Assembly (NCBI RefSeq): GCF_017876815.1
Contig: NZ_JAGIOS010000001.1
Location: 1,740,001-1,772,000 of the forward strand
Length of the DNA stretch: 32,000 bases
DNA from: Sinorhizobium meliloti
GTDB taxonomy: Bacteria; Pseudomonadota; Alphaproteobacteria; Rhizobiales; Rhizobiaceae
Direction of reading: 5' to 3'
Shown: one piece after another, positions 15,634 through 25,734 of the stretch
Layout of the letters: each line of letters begins with the position of its first letter
How positions within the stretch are numbered: position 1 is the first letter of the stretch
Position numbers and translations under genes: made by a program
The notes under the pieces: model-generated
Told to the model about the DNA's origin: nothing
Databases searched by the model: none
What the model saw: only the letters and a program-made list of their open reading frames with translations

Positions 15634-17028
15634 TCAAATATGCAGAGCGTGCCCCAACGTCTTGAGGGCTGCCTCCTGGAAGGCTTCCGATTGGGTCGGA
15701 TGCGCATGTATGGTGCCGGCGATGTCCTCCAGCCGCGCGCCCATCTCGATCGCCAGCGCAAAAGTCGCCGAAAGTTCCGAAACGCCATGGCCGACAGCCT
15801 GGATGCCGAGAACCAGGTGATTGTCGGCGCGGGCGATGACCCGCACGAAGCCGTCCTCGGAGAGCGTCGTCATGGCGCGGCCGTTTGCCTGGAAGGGAAA
15901 TTGGCCGATCTTGACGTCGATGCCGGCGGCGCGCGCCTCTTCCGGCGAGAGGCCGGCGCCGACGATTTCCGGGTCGGTGAAGCAGACCGCCGGAATGCAG
16001 CGCTTGTCCCAGCTCCGCTTATGCCCGGCGACGATTTCCGCGACCATTTCGCCTTGTGCCATCGCCCGGTGCGCAAGCATCGGCTCGCCGGTCACGTCGC
16101 CGATCGCATAGACGCCGCGCATCGAGGTGCGGCATTGGTCGTCGATGCGGATGAAGCGGCCTGAGTGGTCGAGGTCGATTTCCTCCAACCCCCAGCCATC
16201 CGTCACGGGCCGGCGGCCGACGGTGACGAGGACCTTCTCCGCCGGGACCTCGAAGGCGCGGCCGTTCTCCTCGGCAAGCAAGCCCCGCCGATCGGCGGAG
16301 AGCCGTTTGGCCGCGGTGCGGGTGAAGACCTCCACACCGAGTTCGCCGAGCCGCTTCATCACCGGCTTCGAGAGATCGGCGTCGTATTGCGGCAGGATCC
16401 GGTCCAGCGCTTCGAGCACGGTGACTTTGGAGCCAAGCTTGGCAAAGGCGGTTCCGAGTTCGAGACCGATATAGCCGCCGCCGATGACCGCGAGCGTCTG
16501 CGGCACGTCCGTCAGCGCCAGCGCTTGGGTCGAGGAAATGACGCTTCCGCCGAAGGGGAGGTCGGGAAGCTCGACCGGCGCCGAACCGGTCGCGATTACG
16601 ATTGCTTCCGCCCGAATGCGCTGAAGCCCGGTTTCCGTTTCTACATCCACCGTCTTGCCGTCTACGAATCGCCCTTCGCCGATGACCGCCTTGACGCCCG
16701 CCTTCTTCAGGAGCCCCGTGACCCCACCGTTCAGCCGTCCGACGATGCCGTCCTTCCAGGCGATCGTTCGCCTGAGGTCGATCGCCGGAGCACTCAAGGA
16801 AAGGCCGAGCGGGCCCTTGCCCGAGGCAGCCGCGCGCAGCCTGTGATATTCGTCCGCCGCATGGATCAGCGCCTTCGACGGAATGCAGCCGACATTCAGG
16901 CAGGTGCCGCCCGCCTTCGCTTTCTCGACGATCACCGTGTTGACGCCGAGCTGGCCGGCGCGGATCGCCGCGACATAGCCGCCGGGTCCGGCGCCGAGAA
17001 CCAGGAGCTTGCAGGAGATTTCCTTCAT
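15634..17028 (-). CDS. lpdV: dihydrolipoyl dehydrogenase (E3) of the branched-chain 2-oxoacid dehydrogenase complex, 464 aa
   Basis: FAD-binding motif LVLGAGPGGYVAAIRAGQLG and redox disulfide GGTCLNVGCIPSK are present, with the C-terminal HAHPTQSEA motif. It is the last gene of the bkd operon. Confidence 0.92.
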   Translation of the reverse strand: MKEISCKLLVLGAGPGGYVAAIRAGQLGVNTVIVEKAKAGGTCLNVGCIPSKALIHAADEYHRLRAAASGKGPLGLSLSAPAIDLRRTIAWKDGIVGRLNGGVTGLLKKAGVKAVIGEGRFVDGKTVDVETETGLQRIRAEAIVIATGSAPVELPDLPFGGSVISSTQALALTDVPQTLAVIGGGYIGLELGTAFAKLGSKVTVLEALDRILPQYDADLSKPVMKRLGELGVEVFTRTAAKRLSADRRGLLAEENGRAFEVPAEKVLVTVGRRPVTDGWGLEEIDLDHSGRFIRIDDQCRTSMRGVYAIGDVTGEPMLAHRAMAQGEMVAEIVAGHKRSWDKRCIPAVCFTDPEIVGAGLSPEEARAAGIDVKIGQFPFQANGRAMTTLSEDGFVRVIARADNHLVLGIQAVGHGVSELSATFALAIEMGARLEDIAGTIHAHPTQSEAFQEAALKTLGHALHI

Positions 17029-17034
17029 GGACGC

Positions 17035-18315
17035 CTATCCTTCAACGAAAATCAGCGCCGGCGTTTCGAGCAGCGTCTTCAGGCGCTGGACGAAGACCGC
17101 GGCATCCCAGCCGTCGATGACCCGGTGATCGAAGCTCGACGAGAGATTCATGATCTTGCGCGGGACGAATTGTGCGCCGTCCCAGACGGGACGGACAGCG
17201 ATCTTGTTGACGCCGACGATCGCCACCTCCGGATGGTTGATGACCGGCGTAGAAGCGATTCCGCCGATAGCGCCGAGCGAGGAGATGGTGATGGTCGAGC
17301 CGGTGAGTTCGTCGCGCGTCGCGGTTCCGGTACGGGCGGCGTCCGCCAGCCGGTTGAGCTCGGCCGCGCAGTCCCATATTCCGCGAGCCTCGGCATGGCG
17401 CACCACCGGAACGGTCAGCCCGGCGGGCGTCTGGGTGGCGATGCCGATATGGACGGCGGCGTGGCGGTGGATGACGCCGGCATGGTCGTCGAAAGTGGCG
17501 TTGACGCCGGGCTGCTCGGCGACGGTCTTTACCAGCGCGCGCATCAGGAAAGGCAGGATCGTGAGCTTGGCCTGCTCGGGCTTGCGGTCGCGGTTCATCG
17601 TCGCGCGCAGATCCTCGAGCGCCGTCATGTCCACCTCTTCCACATAGGTGATGTGGGGGATGCGTGAGGTGGAGAGCGACATCTTCTCGGCGATCCGGCG
17701 CCTGAGGCCGATCATCCTGACCTCCTCGACGGCGGTCTTGCGGACGAGGCCGGTCTGAGCCGGCAGCGGCTCGGCGCCACGGCTGATGAAGAGATCGAGA
17801 TCCTCATGGGTGATCCGGCCGGCCGGCCCGGTGCCGGCTACCTGCCTGAGATCGATGCCGCTCTCTCTGGCGCGCAGCCGCACCGCCGGGGAGGCGAGCG
17901 GCTTTGCCGAAAGATCCGGCGCTTCGCGCGGCGCCGGTGCGGGTTTCGGCGCAGGCTTTTCAGGCTGCGGCGGCGCCTTGGCCTCAAGCCGGGAGGAGAC
18001 GGCGACGGGCTCGTCCAGCACCTGTTCGGCCAGCGCCTCCGGGATGCTGTCCGGGGCAGCTTCACCCGCCTCGCCGGCGGTCTCGATCCTGACCAGCGGC
18101 GCCTTCACCGCGACCGTGTCGCCGACCTCCGCCCCGAGCCACAGGACCTTGCCGGTGACGGGCGAGGGGATTTCGACCGTCGCCTTATCGGTCATGACGG
18201 CGGCAAGCACCATGTCTTCGCGCACCGGGTCTCCGGGCTTCACATGCCATTCGACGAGCTCGGCCTCCGCGACACCTTCACCGACATCCGGCATCTTGAT
18301 GATGAATTCACCCAC
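17035..18315 (-). CDS. bkdB: dihydrolipoamide branched-chain acyltransferase (E2), 426 aa
   Basis: GTG start giving MGEFIIKMPDVGEGVAEAELVEWHVKPGD (lipoyl domain, ...MTDKATVEI). This is followed by an Ala/Pro linker, a subunit-binding domain and a catalytic domain with the SFDHRVIDG motif. Confidence 0.92.
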   Translation of the reverse strand: MGEFIIKMPDVGEGVAEAELVEWHVKPGDPVREDMVLAAVMTDKATVEIPSPVTGKVLWLGAEVGDTVAVKAPLVRIETAGEAGEAAPDSIPEALAEQVLDEPVAVSSRLEAKAPPQPEKPAPKPAPAPREAPDLSAKPLASPAVRLRARESGIDLRQVAGTGPAGRITHEDLDLFISRGAEPLPAQTGLVRKTAVEEVRMIGLRRRIAEKMSLSTSRIPHITYVEEVDMTALEDLRATMNRDRKPEQAKLTILPFLMRALVKTVAEQPGVNATFDDHAGVIHRHAAVHIGIATQTPAGLTVPVVRHAEARGIWDCAAELNRLADAARTGTATRDELTGSTITISSLGAIGGIASTPVINHPEVAIVGVNKIAVRPVWDGAQFVPRKIMNLSSSFDHRVIDGWDAAVFVQRLKTLLETPALIFVEG

Positions 18316-18318
18316 GGG

Positions 18319-19332
18319 TCAGCCCTCCATCGCTTCGGCGAGCGCACGCCCGACGCGTGCCGGACCGGGGAAATAATCCCACTCCTGTGCGTGCGGATAG
18401 GGCGTGTCCCAACCCGTTACCCGGACGACCGGGGATTCGAGGTGATAGAAGCAGTGTTCCTGAACGAGGGCGGCGAGCTCGGCACCGAATCCCGAGGTCA
18501 GCGTCGCCTCGTGCACGACCACGCACCGCCCGGTCTTCTTCGCCGATTGCACGATCGTCTCGAGGTCGAGCGGCAACAGACTGCGCAGATCGATCACTTC
18601 CGCGTCGATACCGGTCTCCTCGGCCGCCGCGAGCGCCACATGCACCATCGTACCATAGGCGATGACGGTCACGCCTGAGCCCTTGCGGCGTATCTCGGCC
18701 TTGCCGATCGGGATCGTATAGTGACCGTCCGGAACGTCGCCGAGCTCGTGCTTGGACCAGGCCGTGACCGGGCGTTCGTGATGCCCGTCGAAGGGGCCGT
18801 TATAAAGCCGCTTCGGCTCCAGGAACATCACCGGGTCCGGGTCCTCGATCGCCGAGATGAGGAGGCCCTTGGCGTCATAGGGATTCGACGGCACGACGAC
18901 CTTCAGCCCGCAAACATGGGTGAAGAGCGCCTCCGGGCTCTGGCTATGGGTCTGGCCGCCGAAGATGCCGCCGCCCGTCGGCATGCGCACGACGATCGGG
19001 CAGGTGAAGTCGCCGTTCGAGCGGTAGCGGATGCGCGCAGCTTCCTGCGTGAGCTGGTCGTAAGCGGGATACATATAGTCGGCAAACTGAATCTCGACGC
19101 AGGGTTTCAGCCCGTAGGCGGCCATGCCGATGGCGGTGCCGACGATGCCGGACTCGCTGATGGGGGTGTCGAAGCAGCGCGTCTTGCCGTATTTCGCCTG
19201 AAGCCCCTGTGTGCAGCGGAAAACGCCGCCGAAATAACCGACGTCCTCGCCGAAGACGACGACATTATCGTCGCGCGCCATCGACACGTCCATGGCGCTG
19301 CGCACCGCTTCGATCATCGTCATTCTGGCCAT
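18319..19332 (-). CDS. bkdA2: 2-oxoisovalerate dehydrogenase E1 beta subunit, 337 aa
   Basis: MARMTMIEAVRSAMDVSMARDDNVVVFGEDVGYFGGVFRCTQGLQAKYGKTRCFDTPISESGIVG is typical E1 beta. The ATG at 19330-19332 lies 1 nt after the E1 alpha stop (TGAcATG). Confidence 0.92.
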   Translation of the reverse strand: MARMTMIEAVRSAMDVSMARDDNVVVFGEDVGYFGGVFRCTQGLQAKYGKTRCFDTPISESGIVGTAIGMAAYGLKPCVEIQFADYMYPAYDQLTQEAARIRYRSNGDFTCPIVVRMPTGGGIFGGQTHSQSPEALFTHVCGLKVVVPSNPYDAKGLLISAIEDPDPVMFLEPKRLYNGPFDGHHERPVTAWSKHELGDVPDGHYTIPIGKAEIRRKGSGVTVIAYGTMVHVALAAAEETGIDAEVIDLRSLLPLDLETIVQSAKKTGRCVVVHEATLTSGFGAELAALVQEHCFYHLESPVVRVTGWDTPYPHAQEWDYFPGPARVGRALAEAMEG

Positions 19333-19333
19333 G

Positions 19334-20734
<1,401 letters not shown>

Positions 20735-20889
20735 TCAGGGGCCAGATGAAGGGCTTTCGCCGCCGCGCCCGGCTGCTGCGCGAAGAAAGACAGATTCGTG
20801 CCGGCACGCATGCGGCACGCGTTGGCACGCCCATGCCGGTGCTGGTGGCGGGTAATTTTCTTTCGTGAGACCGGCGGGCGACCGGCCCC

Positions 20890-22227
20890 TCAGACCGGTG
20901 GCGCGATCTCTATCGGGCTGCCATCGGCAAAGCGAGAAAGGCGGAACGCGGAGGGATCGACGATCGGCGGGTTTCCGGTGACGAGATCGGCGACGAGATG
21001 TCCGGCACCGGGGCCGATGCCGAAGCCGTGACCGGAGAAGCCGGTGGCGATAACGAGGCCCGGCAGCTCTTGCGCGAGCGAAATGACCGGCACGACGTCC
21101 GGCGTGACATCGATCAGGCCGGCCCAGATCTGCACCGGCTCGACGGTACGGAGCTTCGGAAGGGCCTTTTTTGCTTCCTCGAATGCCATGAGCACGGATT
21201 TCGGATCAGGCCGCGGATCGAGGATGCGGTGGCGCTCGAAGGCGCCAGGCCGATCGAGGGGCACGGATGCGATTTCGAAAAGCTCGCGCCAGCTCTGGGC
21301 GCTCAAGCCTGCCTGCACGGCTTCGCCCTCGGCCCGTCTCGCCGCGCGAAAATCGCGGAAGAATGCGAATGTGTCCGGCACAAGCGGATGCAGATTGGCA
21401 CCCGCGGTGGCGATCGTGTAGCCGCCGTCGATGCGTTTGCGATAGGCGTAAGTCGCCGTTGCGCCTGCGCCGTCCGGGCCGCCCTCGACCGGAGCGGTCC
21501 TGAGCACGGTGTTGCGCACCTTCAGCTGCGGCAGCCGAATGCCGAGGCCCTTGCAGAAGAGCCGCGACCAGGCGCCGCCAGCAAGCACCACCGTTGACGT
21601 TTCGATGCGGCCCTTTTCGGTGACGACGGCGCTTACCCGACCCGCACTCTTCTCGATCCCCCGCACCGCACAGCCGGTCACGATGCGTGCGCCGGCGCGG
21701 CGTGCTCCGGCCGCGATTGCGGGCACCGCTTTCTGCGGCTCGGCTCGGCCATCGCTCGGCGTATAGAGCGCGCCTTTGTAGCGGATCGCCGCTCCGGCCA
21801 TGCGCTCCCGGGTCTCGTCGGCGGTGAGCTGGCGGCTGTCGACGCCATGCGGCTTCGCGATCGCGAGCCAGGCATCGCGGTTGGCGACGTCCTGCTCCGT
21901 TTCGGAAATATAGAGAATGCCGCTCCGGCGAAATCCGGTCTCGCCGCCGACACGCGCATCGAGCGTGTCCCAGATTTTCAGCGCCTCCATCGCCAGGGGA
22001 ATCTCGCGCCGATCGCGGCCCATGACGCGAACCCAGCCCCAGTTGCGGCTCGATTGCTCGCCGCCGAGAACGCCCTTCTCGCAGAGGACGACCTCCACGC
22101 CGCGCTCGGCGAGAAAGAGCGCCGTGCTCACTCCGATGATACCGCCGCCGATGATGACGACGTCGGCACTGCCGGGCAGCGAAGGATCGGTTTCAACGAG
22201 GTCGAGAGCGGGGCCGGGCATGGTCAT
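20890..22227 (-). CDS. FAD-dependent oxidoreductase (DAO/amino-acid-oxidase-like family), about 445 aa
   Basis: N-terminal Rossmann motif DVVIIGGGIIGVSTALFLAERGVEVVLCEK and a DAO-type C-terminus (ATGFSGHGFGIGPGAGHLVADLV). The start is uncertain: ATG at 22227 or 22221 (the latter has AAGAGA at 5 nt), while the track start at 22266 is a TTG. Confidence 0.8.
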   Translation of the reverse strand: MTMPGPALDLVETDPSLPGSADVVIIGGGIIGVSTALFLAERGVEVVLCEKGVLGGEQSSRNWGWVRVMGRDRREIPLAMEALKIWDTLDARVGGETGFRRSGILYISETEQDVANRDAWLAIAKPHGVDSRQLTADETRERMAGAAIRYKGALYTPSDGRAEPQKAVPAIAAGARRAGARIVTGCAVRGIEKSAGRVSAVVTEKGRIETSTVVLAGGAWSRLFCKGLGIRLPQLKVRNTVLRTAPVEGGPDGAGATATYAYRKRIDGGYTIATAGANLHPLVPDTFAFFRDFRAARRAEGEAVQAGLSAQSWRELFEIASVPLDRPGAFERHRILDPRPDPKSVLMAFEEAKKALPKLRTVEPVQIWAGLIDVTPDVVPVISLAQELPGLVIATGFSGHGFGIGPGAGHLVADLVTGNPPIVDPSAFRLSRFADGSPIEIAPPV

Positions 22228-22397
22228 CTCTTGGGTTTGTTCAGCTGTTTCTATCGCTGCATCCAATGTCGGCTTCGATCAAGCCTGCCCGGCCGGTTTC
22301 GGGCGGCGATGCACAGTTCCCGCATGCCCGAAGTTCCCGCATGGTCTTTGAGCGGTCGCGCCTTCCCGTCTCCTGCGCGAGGCTTTATGTTCGCTCC

Positions 22398-22793
22398 ATG
22401 CGCGACACCGAAGCCGACCTCCGCCCGATCCTCCGCATCGACTTCCCGCCGGACGACCGTCTCGGGCGCGGCAAGATCATGCTTTTGGAACACATCCGCG
22501 AGACCGGCTCCATTTCCGCTGCCGGGCGGGCCATGGATATGTCTTACCGGCGTGCCTGGCTACTGGTCGACGCCTTGAACCGTATGTTCAAGGAGCCGGC
22601 GGTCGACTCCCAGCGTGGCGGCAAGCAGGGCGGCGGCGCCGTCCTCACCGCTTTCGGCGAGATGCTGATCGAGCGCTTCCGGGCGATGGAGGCCAAGGCA
22701 CAGGCGGCGATTGCGGACGATCTCGATTGGCTGGACGCCATGCGCGACTGCAATGGTGCTCCGCAAGAGGAGCCAGCTGGAAAGCCGTTCTAA
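22398..22793 (+). CDS. short ModE-like (N-terminal wHTH domain only) molybdenum-regulator homologue, about 131 aa
   Basis: LRIDFPPDDRLGRGKIMLLEHIRETGSISAAGRAMDMSYRRAWLLVDALNRMF resembles the ModE N-terminal DNA-binding domain. There is no C-terminal Mop/TOBE domain. It is adjacent to modC and convergent with it. The start is uncertain (ATGs at 22266, 22341 and 22398). Confidence 0.65.
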   Translation: MRDTEADLRPILRIDFPPDDRLGRGKIMLLEHIRETGSISAAGRAMDMSYRRAWLLVDALNRMFKEPAVDSQRGGKQGGGAVLTAFGEMLIERFRAMEAKAQAAIADDLDWLDAMRDCNGAPQEEPAGKPF

Positions 22794-22805
22794 CCATTCG
22801 CTTCT

Positions 22806-23879
22806 CTAATAATCGAGCGCGACGGTCTTGACGACGGCGTGCACCTGCTTCCCCGGCCGCAGGTCGAGCGCATCGCGGGAAAGGGTCGTGACTCGCGCGG
22901 CAATGACGTTGCCGCCGCAGTCTACGCGCACGTCGATGCTTCCTTGCCGCGGCGAAGAGAGGCCGACGATCGTTCCCGGAAGCACGTTGAGGGCGCTGAT
23001 GCCTTCCGGGCGGCGGGTCGCCAGCATGACGTCGCGCGCCGCGATGTAGAGGCGAAGTCTCTGCCCGGGCTCGGCGACGAGATGCGGCACGCGGATCAGG
23101 CAGTCTCCGGCGCGTACCACAGTCAGCTCGTGGCCTTCGTCATGACTGTCGACGATGCCCTCGATCAACGCGCCGGCTTCTCGCCGGCCGGGGCCGGATG
23201 TCGGGAACGGCTCGTTCAGAACGGCCGCCGTTTTGCCGGAGGCCTTGACCCGGCCGTTTTCCATGACGACGACGCGCTCCGCCAGCCGCGCCACTTCAGC
23301 CACCGAATGACTGACATAGACGATCGGAATCCGCGTCTCGTCGCGCAGCCGCTCCAGATAGGGCAGGATTTCGGCCTTTCTGGCGTCGTCGAGCGCGGCG
23401 AGCGGCTCGTCCATCAAGAGCAGGCGGGGGAAAGCGAGCAGCGCCCGGCCGATGGCGACGCGCTGCCGCTCGCCGCCCGAGAGCTTCGAGGGCATGCGAT
23501 CGAGCAAATGGCCGATGCCGAGCATTTCGACGATCCTGCCGAATTCGGGCCCTGACCGCGCCGCGCCTGCGAACCAGCGGCCATAGGCAAGATTTCCGCG
23601 GACGCTCAGATGCGGAAAGAGGCGGGCTTCCTGGAACACATAGGCAAAGCGGCGGCGGTGGACGGGGGTGAAAAGCCGGCGCTCACTGTCGGCGATCGTG
23701 TCGCCGTCGAGCACGACGCGGCCCTGATCGGGCCGGAGGAGGCCGGCGATGATGTTGACAAGCGAGGTCTTGCCGGAGCCGGAGCGGCCGAAAAGAGCGG
23801 TCACCCCGCCCTCCGAGCCGAAGGCGGCGTCGATCGCGAAGGAGCCGAGACGAAGGCGCGCTTCGACCTCGAGCCTCAT
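22806..23879 (-). CDS. modC: molybdate ABC transporter ATP-binding protein with C-terminal TOBE domain, 357 aa
   Basis: Walker [10 protein letters not shown], signature [14 protein letters not shown] and Walker [13 protein letters not shown] are present, plus a C-terminal TOBE-like beta domain. The ATG at 23877-23879 overlaps the modB stop (ATGA). The track ORF (to 24614) continues in-frame upstream across modB with no intervening stop codon. Confidence 0.92.
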   Translation of the reverse strand: MRLEVEARLRLGSFAIDAAFGSEGGVTALFGRSGSGKTSLVNIIAGLLRPDQGRVVLDGDTIADSERRLFTPVHRRRFAYVFQEARLFPHLSVRGNLAYGRWFAGAARSGPEFGRIVEMLGIGHLLDRMPSKLSGGERQRVAIGRALLAFPRLLLMDEPLAALDDARKAEILPYLERLRDETRIPIVYVSHSVAEVARLAERVVVMENGRVKASGKTAAVLNEPFPTSGPGRREAGALIEGIVDSHDEGHELTVVRAGDCLIRVPHLVAEPGQRLRLYIAARDVMLATRRPEGISALNVLPGTIVGLSSPRQGSIDVRVDCGGNVIAARVTTLSRDALDLRPGKQVHAVVKTVALDY

Positions 23880-24577
23880 GCCGCCACCGTCCGCCGCGCC
23901 GCTGCTGAAGCCATGGCTTCCGAAAGCATCAGCGCCGCCATCGAAATGACGACCGAGATCACGGCAAGGCGCATCGCGCCGGCGTCGCCGCCCGGCACCT
24001 GTGTGAAGGTATAGATCGCGGCGGAAAGCGTCTGCGTCTCGCCGGGAATATTGGAGACGAAGGTGATGGTCGCGCCGAATTCGCCCATGGCCTTGGCGAA
24101 GGAAAGGACCATGCCGGCGAGAATGCCGGGGAGGATCAGGGGCAAGGTGACCGTCAGGAAGATCCAGGCGGGGCTCGCGCCGAGGGTACCCGCCGCCTCT
24201 TCGAGCTTGCGGTCGACTGCTTCGATCGACAGCCGGATGCTGCGGACCATGAAGGGGAAGCCCATTACCGCGCAGGCGAGCGCCGCTCCCGTCCAGCGGA
24301 AGGAAAAGACCAGGCCGAAGTTCTCCGCGAGAAATGCACCGACCGGTCCGCGCCGGCCGAAAAGGAGCAGCAGAGCGAAGCCCGTGACTACCGGCGGGAG
24401 GATCAGCGGCATATGGACGAGGCCGTTCAGGAGCGACTTGCCCCAGAAGCGGCCGCGCGCAAGTATCATCGAGACGAGGAGCGCAGGCGGGAGGCTCGCA
24501 AGCATCGCTACGGTGGCGACCCGCAGGCTCAGGCGGACGGCCGTCCACTCCGCGTCGCTCAATGCCATCCAGTCCAA
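23876..24577 (-). CDS. modB: molybdate ABC transporter permease, about 230 aa
   Basis: [20 protein letters not shown]... together with the EAA-loop region ([23 protein letters not shown]) is typical of ModB. It starts at TTG 24577 (GGGAG at about 7 nt) or ATG 24568. Confidence 0.9.
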   Translation of the reverse strand: MDWMALSDAEWTAVRLSLRVATVAMLASLPPALLVSMILARGRFWGKSLLNGLVHMPLILPPVVTGFALLLLFGRRGPVGAFLAENFGLVFSFRWTGAALACAVMGFPFMVRSIRLSIEAVDRKLEEAAGTLGASPAWIFLTVTLPLILPGILAGMVLSFAKAMGEFGATITFVSNIPGETQTLSAAIYTFTQVPGGDAGAMRLAVISVVISMAALMLSEAMASAAARRTVAA

Positions 24578-24624
24578 GCTCGTACTCCCGTTCCTGACGC
24601 GCCGTGTCGTGCAATCATTCGCTA

Positions 24625-24675
24625 GATCACGTTCATTTTTTCAGGTCGAGTCGGCCTGAAAACATGAGCGTGATC
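24625..24675. repeat. 21-bp imperfect inverted repeat in the modA-modB spacer
   Basis: GATCACGTTCATTTTTTCAGG (24625-24645) pairs with CCTGAAAACATGAGCGTGATC (24655-24675) around a 9-nt loop. It lies within an unusually long ~170-nt intercistronic gap. Confidence 0.5.
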
Positions 24676-24746
24676 GATTCCAAGAAATTGAGACGCGGGA
24701 TGCGGGCGGAAAACCGCACACACTTTTCCTCGTCCCGCTCCAGTTT

Positions 24747-25532
24747 CTATTCCAGAACCGTGAAGCCCTCGGCCTGGAAAAGCGCCGCCGCCTCCGGCGA
24801 GCGGACGAATTCGAGGTAGGCGGCGGCATCGGCATTCCTGCTGTCCGCGGTGATCGCGACCGGGTAGATGATTGGCGGGTGGCTGTCCTCGGGGAAGGTG
24901 CCGACCACTTTCACATTGGCATCGGCTGCGGCGTCGGTTCGGTAGACGATGCCGTAGGGCGCCTCGCCACGCGACACGAGGAGGAGGGCGGCGCGGACGC
25001 TTTCGGCGCCGGCGACCTTTCCGGCAACGTTCGGCCACAGCCCAAGCTTTTCCAGCGCGGCCTTGCCATACTTGCCGGCGGGGACGGAATCCACGGCTCC
25101 CATGGCCAATCGCCCGTCGCCGAGAAGACCGGCGAGGTCGAGACCCGGCTCGATCTCGACAGCCGGGGCGTCCGACTTGCCGGAGACGAGGACGATGCGA
25201 TTGCCGAGCAGGTTGGAGCGCGTGTCGGCCTTGATCAGCTTCTTGTCGGCGAGATAATCCATCCAGGCAAGATCGGCCGAGATGAACACATCGGCGGGCG
25301 CGCCCTGCTCGATCTGTTTCGCCAGCGCCGAACTCGCCGCATAGGACACGATCGCTTCCTTGCCGGTCTGCTTGAGCCATTCGCCGTTGATCGCATCGAG
25401 CGCATTCTTGAGGCTCGCCGCTGCGAACACGGTGACCTTCTCCGCCGCCTGGGCCGGTGCAAAGGCCGTTCCCGCCAGGACCACGCCGAGCGCCAGTGAT
25501 ATGGCCTTGAGCCAGTCTCTTCTCGTTGTCAC
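24747..25532 (-). CDS. modA: molybdate-binding periplasmic protein, 261 aa, GTG start, Tat-like signal peptide
   Basis: The mature part (KVTVFAAASLKNALDAINGEW...VSYAASSALAKQIEQGAPADVFISAD) is typical ModA. The GTG at 25530-25532 has a GGGGAGA RBS at 7 nt and yields the signal peptide VTTRRDWLKAISLALGVVLAGTAFAPAQA. The track ATG at 25613 adds 27 residues that look non-homologous. Confidence 0.88.
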   Translation of the reverse strand: MTTRRDWLKAISLALGVVLAGTAFAPAQAAEKVTVFAAASLKNALDAINGEWLKQTGKEAIVSYAASSALAKQIEQGAPADVFISADLAWMDYLADKKLIKADTRSNLLGNRIVLVSGKSDAPAVEIEPGLDLAGLLGDGRLAMGAVDSVPAGKYGKAALEKLGLWPNVAGKVAGAESVRAALLLVSRGEAPYGIVYRTDAAADANVKVVGTFPEDSHPPIIYPVAITADSRNADAAAYLEFVRSPEAAALFQAEGFTVLE

Positions 25533-25549
25533 ACCCAAGTCTCCCCGTT

Positions 25550-25573
25550 CGTGATATTTCCCAAGATATAACG
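25550..25573. promoter_or_regulatory. candidate ModE operator (Mo-box) upstream of modA
   Basis: CGTGATAT-N8-ATATAACG is a palindrome. It matches, with one mismatch, the ModE consensus I recall (CGnTATAT-N8-ATATAnCG, equivalent to CGnTATATA-N6-TATATAnCG). It lies 18-41 nt upstream of the GTG start. Confidence 0.55.
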
Positions 25574-25591
25574 CTTCGGTATTTTGGTTAC

Positions 25592-25615
25592 CGCTATATT
25601 CGTAGAAATACAATG
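25592..25615. promoter_or_regulatory. second, degenerate Mo-box-like site
   Basis: CGCTATAT-N8-ATACAATG. The left half-site is perfect and the right half-site has two mismatches. It lies 42 bp upstream of the first box. Confidence 0.35.
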
Positions 25616-25734
25616 CGGCCGTTGCGCCGTAATCAAAATCGGTGAACCGATGGGGCGGAGACTACGCGAGCGCTTGCGATAGGCGCCCAGGCGTCTAAAT
25701 TCCGGAATGGGACCCAAGGAGGTGGACGATCCAC

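Noticed and set aside
15323-15788. Small ORFs (61-99 aa) across the palindromic repeat element
   Set aside because: They are translations of both strands of an inverted-repeat element, which explains peptides like PSPRLRGEG and LLPACGEKV. They are not genes.
16165-17667. 500-aa plus-strand ORF across lpdV and bkdB
   Set aside because: It is antisense to two well-supported genes and spans their boundary. The translation is low-complexity Arg/Asp/Gly.
23880-24614. N-terminal 245 aa of the 602-aa track ORF annotated here as modC
   Set aside because: This part continues in-frame upstream of the modC start across the modB gene, with no intervening stop codon, and has a Pro/Arg/Gly-rich translation. 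The genuine modC begins at the ATG at 23879, overlapping the modB stop.
25533-25613. ATG start at 25613 for modA
   Set aside because: The 27 extra residues (MYFYEYSGNQNTEALYLGKYHERGDLG) precede the signal peptide and have no RBS. The GTG at 25532 has GGGGAGA at 7 nt and yields a proper signal peptide. The candidate Mo-boxes would also fall inside the longer ORF.
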